In this document: one piece after another, positions 56,637-64,000 of the stretch
Position numbering within the stretch: position 1 is the stretch's first letter
Layout: each line of letters begins with the position of its first letter
Assembly (NCBI GenBank): GCA_009693055.1
Contig: SHYA01000006.1
Location: 24,272 to 88,271, forward strand
Reading direction: 5' to 3'
DNA length: 64,000 bases
Origin: Dehalococcoidia bacterium
Lineage (GTDB): Bacteria > Chloroflexota > Dehalococcoidia > Lucifugimonadales > SHYT01
The notes under the pieces: generated by a model
The model's input: the letters and a program-made list of their open reading frames with translations, nothing else
Told to the model about the DNA's origin: nothing
Databases searched by the model: none
Translations under genes and position numbers: made by a program

Positions 56637-57506
56637 TCACGGGTTTCTGGTTGTGTCTCTTGCGGCGCGGATAGCGGAGTGCCACGGAATGACGAGGCGC
56701 TCTACCGCCCCGACGAACAGAAAGAGGGCGATTCCCATCGCCGAGAGGATGACAATGGCGGCGAAGACCAGATCGGTCTGAAAGCGTGGAGAGGCCTGGA
56801 CCATCAGGTACCCCAAGCCCGAGCTGGCGCCCACCCACTCGCCGATGACGGCGCCGATAACGCTTACCGCGGCGGCCACCTTCATCCCCGAGAACAGGTA
56901 CGGCAGCGAGCTGGGGATGTGCACTGCTTGGAACGCCTGCCACCGGCCGGCGCCTAAGCTCCGCAGCATGCTGGTCATCTCCGGGTCAACAGCCCTGAGG
57001 CCGTCGACCATGTTGACGACCACCGGGAAGAAGGAGATGAGGGCCACGACGATCATTTTGGGCTGTAGGCCATAGCCGACCCAGACGAGGAGCAGGGGCG
57101 CGATGGCGATGATAGGGACCGTCTGGGACGCAATGACGATGGGGTAGATGGCCCGCGCGACCGTTCGCCAGTACGCGATGGCGAGCGCAAGCCCAACGCC
57201 GACCGCCAGCGCCGCGCCAAGCCCGGCGAGCACCTCTTGGACCGTGATCCAAGTATGTCGCATCAGGAGCTGGCCGCTGTCTCCCAGCTCGGCGGCGATG
57301 GCCGAGGGCGGTGGGAGCAGCCAGCGCTGCACGTCCAGAGCACGCACCAGGAGCTCCCAGAGCCCGATGAGGCCGAGGAGTAAACAGAGGGGCGGCAACC
57401 ACTCTTCCAGGAGAGTCCGCCACCACGCCAGCGGCGGCGGCCGTGGCGCCGCGAGCCTGAAGGGGGTGTGCGGATGCACAACGGGCTTAGCCACGGCCGG
57501 GGCCAT
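56637..57506 (-). CDS. thiX: ABC transporter permease (NitT/TauT family, ThiX-type)
   Basis: Polytopic BPD_transp_1 permease between the ATPase and binding-protein genes. Confidence 0.7.
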   Translation of the reverse strand: MAPAVAKPVVHPHTPFRLAAPRPPPLAWWRTLLEEWLPPLCLLLGLIGLWELLVRALDVQRWLLPPPSAIAAELGDSGQLLMRHTWITVQEVLAGLGAALAVGVGLALAIAYWRTVARAIYPIVIASQTVPIIAIAPLLLVWVGYGLQPKMIVVALISFFPVVVNMVDGLRAVDPEMTSMLRSLGAGRWQAFQAVHIPSSLPYLFSGMKVAAAVSVIGAVIGEWVGASSGLGYLMVQASPRFQTDLVFAAIVILSAMGIALFLFVGAVERLVIPWHSAIRAARDTTRNP

Positions 57507-58332
57507 CTCGGAGAGGTTGTGCAGGTGAAGCCGCGCCGGATTGGCGCAGGAGGTCCAGGACCTGGGCCTTGAGCTTGGTGAACTCTTCGGTGACGGCCAC
57601 CTGGCGGGTGCGCGGCCAGGACAGCGGCACAGGCAAGAGGTGGGTGACCGTCCCTGGGCGCGGGCTCAGCAGATAGACCCTGTGGGAGAGCAGCAATGCT
57701 TCCTCAACGTCATGCGTCACGAGAAGGGCCGTGCGCCCCAGCCCGCTCCACAGTTGCAGCAGCCAGTCTTGCATGTCGGTGCGGGTGAGGGCGTCCAGTG
57801 CGCCGAACGGCTCGTCCAGGAGCACCAGGGGCTTGTCGGCGAGAATGGTGCGCAGGAACGCCACGCGCTGGCGCATGCCGCCGGACAGGTTGTGGGGGTA
57901 CTCGTCGGCAAAGCCAGCCAGCCCAAAGGCGTCCAGCAGCACCAGGGCGCGCCTGCGGGCCTCAGATGCCGGCACGCCTTGGACCTCCAGCCCAAGCACC
58001 GCGTTGCCCAGGGTGGTCCGCCACGGCAGCAGCAGGTCCTTCTGGGGCATGTACGCGATGCGGCCAAGCCGCCCGTCATCATGCGCGCCTTGGCCTTGAG
58101 CGGAGAACTGGACGCTTCCCTGCGTGGCTGCTTCCAGGCCGGCAATAATCCTCAACAGCGTGCTCTTGCCGCAGCCGCTTGGGCCCAGGACGGAGACGAG
58201 CTCTCCCTCCTGGACGGCGAGGTTGACGTCCGCAAGGACGTGCAGCATGCCGCGCGCCGTAGGATAGCTCTTGGAGAGCGCCCTGACTTCAAGGAGAGGC
58301 TTTGTTTGCACGGTGCTCTGAGACGTCTCCAT
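57487..58332 (-). CDS. thiZ: ABC transporter ATP-binding protein (NitT/TauT family, ThiZ-type)
   Basis: [22 protein letters not shown] and LLDEPFGALD motifs. The ATG at 58332 sits immediately after the riboswitch terminator; the track ORF extends to 58578. Confidence 0.75.
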   Translation of the reverse strand: METSQSTVQTKPLLEVRALSKSYPTARGMLHVLADVNLAVQEGELVSVLGPSGCGKSTLLRIIAGLEAATQGSVQFSAQGQGAHDDGRLGRIAYMPQKDLLLPWRTTLGNAVLGLEVQGVPASEARRRALVLLDAFGLAGFADEYPHNLSGGMRQRVAFLRTILADKPLVLLDEPFGALDALTRTDMQDWLLQLWSGLGRTALLVTHDVEEALLLSHRVYLLSPRPGTVTHLLPVPLSWPRTRQVAVTEEFTKLKAQVLDLLRQSGAASPAQPLRDGPGRG

Positions 58333-58334
58333 AC

Positions 58335-58482
58335 AAAACAATGAGCCGCCCGCCAGAGGCGGACGGCTCCAAAAAGAGACTACCAACCGCATCCCTCCGC
58401 TGGCATTACCCAGTTCAGGTTGTTGGGGTCGTCCCGCTCGTTGGGACCTCTCAGTCCGGCTATCCCGGACTCCCCCTCGGCC
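58335..58482 (-). promoter_or_regulatory. second TPP (THI-box) riboswitch with terminator
   Basis: Minus strand: GGACTGAGAGG ... AACCTGAACTGGGTAATGCCAGCGGAGGGA. Then GAGCCGTCCGCC tctg GCGGGCGGCTC plus ATTGTTTTGT. A candidate promoter, TTGACA (58536-58531) - 17 nt - TAAGCT (58513-58508), lies upstream. Confidence 0.85.
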
Positions 58483-58664
58483 TTGCATGGCTTGGTAAGG
58501 TAGTTTCAGCTTATCGCGGCGCTGCGCGCCTGTCAACGAAGCGGGGCAACTCTCTGAAAAGGTGCGGATGGAACACAAGCCGTTCCCCGCGCGGCGACGT
58601 TATAGTAGAGAGGCGTTGTCGTTAGGAAAGCGCGCCGAGAGCGAGACTGTATGAGGCCCATCGT

Positions 58665-60581
58665 GTGCACCGTATAACGTTTGTCGCGCTCTTTTTGCCC
58701 CTGCTGACCGCAGCGGCGTGCGGCTCCGGCCAGCCGCCGCCAGGCACGACGCAGCCGGTGACCATAGAGACGCCCGCGCCAGCCGCGACCCCTTCCGGGG
58801 AGGCTGGTGAGCCCCCTGTCCCCGATGCGTTGGTCCCGTTGCCGGCGCCGCCTGACCTGGACTTGGAACAGTTGGCCAGGACTCTGGGTCGGACGAGAGG
58901 CGATGGCGCCGCGATCAAGCTGGCGCGCCCTGGAGGGGCGCCGCAAGCAGGCCAGTCGGAGCAGTTCTGGCTGGTGGACCTGGACCAGCATATCGTTAGC
59001 CGCATCACCGCCACGCTCAAGCTCGTTTCGCCAAACGCTTACTGGTACGTGGAAAACGGAGCGAGCGTGGGAGCGGGCGATTTGCAGGAGGCTGCGAAGG
59101 CCTTTGAGGAGAGGATTTTGCCGACCGTTGGGCGCTCCTTTGGCCCGCGTGACGGCCGGGGACTTGGGCAGCCACTGACCGTCCTCCACGCGCGGCTCCG
59201 CGGTGCGGCGGGCTACTTCAGCGGCCTGGACGGGTATCCGCAGAGCGTCCATCCGTACAGCAACGAGCGGATGATGGTTTACATGAACACGCGTGGTCTC
59301 CGCGCGGGATCAAAGGCCTATCAAGCGGTGCTGAGCCATGAGCTGCAGCACGCGTTCCACTTTGACGCGGATAGGGATGAGGACACGTGGGTGAATGAAG
59401 GGCTGTCGGAGTTTGCCGCCGAGTCGGCTGGGTTTAGCAACAAGCTTGTTGAGGGGTTTGTTGATCAGCCGGGCACTTCTTTGACGGAGTGGGCGCTGGA
59501 CCCTCAAGACCCGCTACCGAACTACGGCGGCGCGGGCCTGTTCTTTCGGTACCTGTTTGGCCGGTACGGCGGCATGGAGGGCGTCCGGGACTTCATGGAG
59601 GAGCCTTCCGACGGCATAGCGGGGGTAGACGCCTACCTGGCCCAGTTTGGGGCCAGTTACCAGGGCATCTTTGCGGACTGGCTGGTGGCCAACCTCCTCG
59701 GGCAGAAGGGGGAGGGGCGCTTTCAGTATGCCTTCGGCGAGGAGCCTCCGCCCCGCGTGAAGCCGCAGAGGACTCTGAGCGGTTTGGGGCGGCTGGAGGG
59801 TGAGGTGCAGCAGTTCGGGGCTGAATACGTGACGGTCCGCATGGAGGAGGGGAACACCACCCTCAGGTTCCAGGGCGCCGACCAGGCCTCCCTGCTGCCC
59901 ACCGGCCCCCACAGCGGCGACGCCTGCTGGTGGAGCAACCGTGGCGATTCCATCCAGTCCGCGCTTGTTCGCCCGGTGGACTTGCAAGGCCTCAGCGCGG
60001 CGACGCTCCGTTTCTGGGTGTGGTTTGACCTGGAAGCGGAGTGGGACTACGCGTATGTCCAGGTCTCAACGGATGGCGGGGCAAGCTGGAACATCTTGCC
60101 GGGTAAGCACACTACGCCGGCAAACCCCGTAGGGAACAGCTATGGGCCGGGGTTCACTGGAAGCAGCGGGGGCTGGTTGCAGGAAGAGGTGGACCTGACG
60201 CCGTACGCAGGGAGCCAGATGCTTCTGAGGTTCCAGTACGTGACGGACGAGGCGCTGAATAGCCACGGCCTTTTCCTGGACGATTTTTCCATCCCTGAGC
60301 TGGGGTGGGAGGATGATGCGGAATCGGACGGTGGATGGACCGCTAACGGGTTTGTCCGCACGAGCTTACGGATGCCTCAACGGTACAGCGTGCAGCTCGT
60401 GGCGTTCATGGAGGACGGTGGGGTGGGGGTGCGCTCCGTCCCGCTGGACGACCGGAACTCCGGCGCGCTGCGCCTGGAGGGCTTTGGCGCCGGACTGCGG
60501 GAAGTGGTCGTGATTGTTGCGCCCGTCACCGCGCCTACCAGAGTCCCGGCGGGGTTCACCATGGTGCTGGAGGGGTCCTAG
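58665..60581 (+). CDS. secreted/lipoprotein zinc metallopeptidase (gluzincin-like HExxH...NEGxSE) with C-terminal beta-sandwich domain
   Basis: Lipobox LLTAAACGSG and HELQHAFHF...WVNEGLSEFA. The C-terminal part resembles the accessory domains of immune-inhibitor-A-type peptidases. GTG start. Confidence 0.65.
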   Translation: MHRITFVALFLPLLTAAACGSGQPPPGTTQPVTIETPAPAATPSGEAGEPPVPDALVPLPAPPDLDLEQLARTLGRTRGDGAAIKLARPGGAPQAGQSEQFWLVDLDQHIVSRITATLKLVSPNAYWYVENGASVGAGDLQEAAKAFEERILPTVGRSFGPRDGRGLGQPLTVLHARLRGAAGYFSGLDGYPQSVHPYSNERMMVYMNTRGLRAGSKAYQAVLSHELQHAFHFDADRDEDTWVNEGLSEFAAESAGFSNKLVEGFVDQPGTSLTEWALDPQDPLPNYGGAGLFFRYLFGRYGGMEGVRDFMEEPSDGIAGVDAYLAQFGASYQGIFADWLVANLLGQKGEGRFQYAFGEEPPPRVKPQRTLSGLGRLEGEVQQFGAEYVTVRMEEGNTTLRFQGADQASLLPTGPHSGDACWWSNRGDSIQSALVRPVDLQGLSAATLRFWVWFDLEAEWDYAYVQVSTDGGASWNILPGKHTTPANPVGNSYGPGFTGSSGGWLQEEVDLTPYAGSQMLLRFQYVTDEALNSHGLFLDDFSIPELGWEDDAESDGGWTANGFVRTSLRMPQRYSVQLVAFMEDGGVGVRSVPLDDRNSGALRLEGFGAGLREVVVIVAPVTAPTRVPAGFTMVLEGS

Positions 60582-60599
60582 TCCACAAGCGTGGAGGCC

Positions 60600-60634
60600 G
60601 AAAAACCAGCGTCCCGACCAAAGTCGGGACGCTG
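60600..60634 (-). terminator. intrinsic terminator between convergent genes (usable in both directions)
   Basis: 12-bp stem CAGCGTCCCGAC caaa GTCGGGACGCTG at 60607-60634. It is followed by GTTTTTC on the minus strand and preceded by an A-run on the plus strand. Confidence 0.65.
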
Positions 60635-60656
60635 ATGCGCAGCGCTAGCGGTTTCG

Positions 60657-61190
60657 TTAGCGCGACGGCGCCTGCACGGCCGGGACGACCGGCGGCAGGC
60701 GGTGGTACTTGGTCTCGAAGAAGATTAGCGGCATGCCGTCGTTGACTTCAATGTCTTCCACCTGGGCGATGAAGAGGACGTGGTCGCCCTCCGAGTGCGT
60801 CACCACCACCTTGCAGTCAAAATACGCCAGGGCGCCGTCCACCTTGTAGGAGCCGCCCTGCTTGACGAAGCGCGCGGGCTCCGGCGGCACGCGGTCCTGA
60901 GGCTTCTTTGAGTAGTACACGGAGATGTCTTGCTGTTCCTGAGCGAGGAGGCTCATCCCGTATCGGCCGGACTTCTGGAGATACCCCATCGTGAGCGCGT
61001 GGTGTCCCACGGAGAGTAGATTGAGCAGAGGCTCCAGAGATACGGAAAGGACGCCGTTCGCGGTCATTGCGTGGACCTTGCCGTTGTCGTCCTGCGTTGT
61101 GATGATGGCCACGCCTGAGGGGAACTTGCCCCACGCTTTTCGGAAGAGGTCTTTATTCGCAGCCAAAGAAGCCCTCCTGCCCAGATTCAC
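60657..61190 (-). CDS. flavin reductase-like FMN-binding split-barrel protein
   Basis: FPSGVAIITT...HAMTANGVLSVSLEPLL is the typical Flavin_Reduct pattern. Confidence 0.8.
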   Translation of the reverse strand: MNLGRRASLAANKDLFRKAWGKFPSGVAIITTQDDNGKVHAMTANGVLSVSLEPLLNLLSVGHHALTMGYLQKSGRYGMSLLAQEQQDISVYYSKKPQDRVPPEPARFVKQGGSYKVDGALAYFDCKVVVTHSEGDHVLFIAQVEDIEVNDGMPLIFFETKYHRLPPVVPAVQAPSR

Positions 61191-61245
61191 GCCCGGCCCG
61201 ATTATACAAGGTTGCCGTCAGCCTGCAAGGAGTGAGAGGGTAAAA

Positions 61246-62558
61246 TCAGCTTGCCGGCTGAGGGGGGAAACCTTCCAAGAAGCGGCGTGCCAGGCGGAAG
61301 ACCTGGGCAAGGGTTTGGGCGTCCAGCCTGTCTATCGTGTCCTCCGGCGTGTGGATAAAGGTGAACTCCGGCGTGGTGAGGATGACGGCGGGGATATCCG
61401 CCTGCAGAAACGAGAGGTGATCGCTCGGCACGTCCTCAGGCGCCGTGCTCAGGCGAACGCCGTCCGCCAATGCGAGCTCCAGGAAACGCTCTCTGAGGCG
61501 TGCGTCGCCGCTGACGGCGAGCGGGACCCTCGCTCCGACGACATCGAGGTTGAGCACGAATTGAATGCGCGCACGCTCCGCTTCAGGCAGCGACTCTACA
61601 TAAAATCTGCTCCCTTCCAGGCCGATCTCCTCGCCGCCAAAAGCGATGAAACGCACGGTGAACGGGAGCGGCCTTCCTTGGATCTTCTTGGCGAGGGCGA
61701 GAACGACGGCCGTGCCCGAGGCGTTGTCGTTGGCGCCACCCGTCTCCGCGATGGTGTCATAGTGCCCTCCGATGATCACGCCGCCCTCGCCGGCGCCGGG
61801 GAGTTCACGATGATGTTCTGGCTGAGCGTCCTCACCTGGCGGACAGCGACTCTCACCTGCAGCTCACCGCTGGCAAGCCGTTCCTTCAGGGCCAGGCCGT
61901 CAGCACGTCTGATGCCAACGGCTGGGATGCTGCTGTCCAGCAGCGTGCCGAAGAGCGGCCCGCTCGCGTTGTTGAAGATGACCACGGCCGAAGCACCCGC
62001 CCGCGCCGCGTTCCCCACCTTCTCCTGGAAACGGATCTGCCCGCGTTCTATGAGGGCTATCTTGCCCTGGAGCCCACCGGCAGGGAAGTTTTCTGGGTAG
62101 CCAAGCCCCACGAACACCAGAGGCCCCTGGACTGCACCCTCTGCTGATGAGCGCAGCGGTTCCGCGCTGAGCGGACCCGGTTCGTCGCCTAGTACCACGA
62201 GACGGGGGGTGCGGGTCTCGTACATAGTCACGGCGAACTCTTGCCGGATCACTTGCAGGCCCGCATTGCGAAACTCCTCAGCGAGGTGGGACGTGGCGCG
62301 AGACTCGCCTCCGGACTCGGTGTCTCGTGGCCCCAGATCGTTGGCAAAGGAGCGCACGTAGCCCAGAATCCGCTCGCCAAGCTCGTCAGCCGCGGGGCCT
62401 TGCTCGCGGGACGGCGTGGCGGGTAGCGTTGGCGGCGATTCCCCTATAGGGGAGAGGGGTGGTTGAGGCCTCCCACTCTCTCCTGAGGGGTTGCCGCAGG
62501 CGGCCAGCAGGCTGCTCGCCAGCACAGCGAGGAGGCCAACTGCATTCCAGGGGCGCAT
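61246..62558 (-). pseudogene. M28-family aminopeptidase lipoprotein (PA domain + M28 catalytic domain) split by a 1-nt frameshift
   Basis: The N-terminal ORF (lipobox LLAACG, PA domain) ends ...SQNIIVNSPAPARAA*. Shifting frame at about 61806 gives ...NIIV|ELPGAGEGGVIIGGHYDT..GANDNASG..FGGEE, the canonical M28 core that continues in ORF 61246..61779. Confidence 0.7.
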
Positions 62559-62706
62559 GAAGCTCCTCTTACCGCCTTGGCTGCCGGGCCACGGCGAGCC
62601 TGCAATATCCAGTACGGAGAGTCCGTGTGTTTGGCTTGTTGTGTGAAGGGCGTCACCGCGATGGTAGCATTGCATAAGAGCCGTGCCGAGTCAGGGGCGT
62701 CTTGGG

Positions 62707-64000
62707 ATGGAGCATGAGTCGGTGAGCACTCACCCCGTAGTTGCCCTCCGTTCGGTGACCAAGCGCTTCGGCGAGTTGGTCGCGAACGACGGGATTGACC
62801 TGGACCTGTACGCGGGCGAGGTGCACGCGCTCCTGGGTGAGAACGGAGCTGGGAAGACCACCCTCCTGAAGGTCATCTACGGACTCGCTCGGCCGGACGC
62901 CGGCGCCATCACGGTCCAGGGAACGGTGCGGCACATTCGCTCTCCCCGCGACGCGCGCGGCCTTGGCATCGGCATGGCGTTCCAGCACTTCGCCCTCGTC
63001 CCCGCGATGAGTGTGACGGAGAACGTGGCCCTATTTCTTTCAGGCCTGCCAAGCCAAGGGGTCTGGCTAGACCCGCGCGGCCTTGCGGAGCGGATTCGCT
63101 CCATCGGGCAGCGGTACGGACTCCAAGTAAATCCCCAGGCGAAGGTGAAGGCCCTTTCTGTAGGAGAGCGCCAGCAAACGGAGCTTGTGAAACTGGTGCT
63201 GAGCGGCGCGAAGGTGCTGCTGTGTGACGAGCCGACAAGCGCCTTGCCTCCGCATGTGACAGAAGGGCTGCTCCACGCTTTTGCTGCACTGAAGCAAGGC
63301 GGCTACGCGGTGCTTTTTGTGACCCACCGACTCCGGGAGGCCCTCGCGGTTGCGGACCGGGTAACGGTGCTTCGGCACGGGAAAGTGGCGCTGAGCAGGC
63401 CGCGGGCCCAGGTGACGCACGAAGGTCTGCTGGCCCTCATGCAAAGTGCCGCACAGAAGAGCCCGGCTCAGGGTGTTGCGGCCCTGGTGCAACGGGATGG
63501 GGCGCCCGCCCTGGAGCTGGTGGACGTCTGGGCCTCTGAGCGGGAGGGTGGACCAGGCTTGCGAGGCGTCAGCCTGCGCGTATGGCCAGGGGAAGTGCTC
63601 GGCGTTGCGGCGGCGCCGGGTAACGGCCAGGAACTCCTTGGCGACGTGCTGGTGGGCGTTACGGAGCGCAAAGGGACGGTCTTCCTGTCCGGCCGCAGTA
63701 CCGCGGGCTGGCCGCCATCACGCGTGCGTCAAGCAGGGGTCGGTTACGTCCCAGAGGAGCCGCTCAGCGCCGTGGCTCCCCAGATGAGCGTGGCCGAGAA
63801 CCTCGCGTTGGGCTGGGTGGGGCGCTCATGGTGGGCGGGACTTTTGCTGAGCGACCGGCGTGTCCTGAAGGATGCGCGGAGACTGGTAGCAGGTCTCCCC
63901 TTTGAGCTGCCACCCTTGGGCAAGCGCGTGGATGCGCTCTCCGGGGGGAACGTGCAGCGTGTGGTGCTGGCAAGAGAGCTGGCTGGAGCGCCCAGGGTCC
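62707..64000 (+). CDS. ABC transporter ATP-binding protein with duplicated ATPase domains (CUT2 sugar/nucleoside type), 5' partial in window
   Basis: Hand translation from ATG 62707: MEHESVSTHPVVALRSVTKRFGELVANDGIDLDLYAGEVHALLGENGAGKTTLLK...LSVGERQQTEL...LLCDEPTS, then a second domain ...LSGGNVQRVVLAREL. It is open to the window end and is absent from the ORF track because no stop codon is reached. Confidence 0.75.
   Translation, partial: MEHESVSTHPVVALRSVTKRFGELVANDGIDLDLYAGEVHALLGENGAGKTTLLKVIYGLARPDAGAITVQGTVRHIRSPRDARGLGIGMAFQHFALVPAMSVTENVALFLSGLPSQGVWLDPRGLAERIRSIGQRYGLQVNPQAKVKALSVGERQQTELVKLVLSGAKVLLCDEPTSALPPHVTEGLLHAFAALKQGGYAVLFVTHRLREALAVADRVTVLRHGKVALSRPRAQVTHEGLLALMQSAAQKSPAQGVAALVQRDGAPALELVDVWASEREGGPGLRGVSLRVWPGEVLGVAAAPGNGQELLGDVLVGVTERKGTVFLSGRSTAGWPPSRVRQAGVGYVPEEPLSAVAPQMSVAENLALGWVGRSWWAGLLLSDRRVLKDARRLVAGLPFELPPLGKRVDALSGGNVQRVVLARELAGAPRV

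Overview
This is a high-G+C, densely coding bacterial chromosomal window dominated by core metabolism. Gene content and the promoter/leaderless architecture look Chloroflexota- or Actinomycetota-like, but taxonomy cannot be settled from this sequence alone.

Gene order, left to right:
- tRNA-Gln plus an orphan gene that looks lower in G+C, then VOC, GYD and FIST genes.
- A znuACB-type metal ABC operon bracketed by two Fur-family regulators.
- tRNA-Glu followed by a patch that looks lower in G+C, carrying a DUF1801 gene and a PrimPol-like gene.
- An LLM oxidoreductase and an aldo/keto reductase.
- sufBCDSU plus an Rrf2 regulator.
- pstSCAB-phoU behind a 4 x 11-bp phased repeat (Pho box), with a PhoR/PhoP-type pair.
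- The sulfate-assimilation operon sir-cysH-cysC-sat.
- ispD-ispF-cysS, an FAD oxidase, a DUF62 SAM hydrolase, secG, gatB and fumC.
- A patch of small ORFs, then ThiO-like oxidase/DUF971/TlpA.
- A 2-hydroxyacid dehydrogenase, a single-ORF ruvX-aroE fusion, GYD, aroC, DinB and thrS.
- A glcG-like gene and lutABC, then tRNA-Sec (selC) and a thioredoxin.
- Two convergent TPP-riboswitch units (thiG-thiE-thiS and thiZXY-thiD), with a nitroreductase and an interrupted PPOX gene between them.
- A lipoprotein metallopeptidase, a flavin reductase, a frameshifted M28 peptidase, and the 5' part of a double-ATPase ABC protein.

I saw no CRISPR array, transposase, integrase or recognisable defence system.

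Most notable observations:
1. A 12-codon leader ORF with three consecutive Cys codons, followed by an intrinsic terminator, sits in front of the sulfate-assimilation operon. It is a candidate Cys-sensing attenuator.
2. selC is present, but no obvious selenoprotein gene is in the window.
3. A PPOX-family gene is interrupted by two in-frame TGA codons that fall at Trp positions.
4. ruvX and aroE are translationally fused.
5. A PrimPol-like gene next to tRNA-Glu has N-x-N where the family's D-x-D metal motif is expected.
6. Two small palindromic repeat families are present, one of which extends a coding region.
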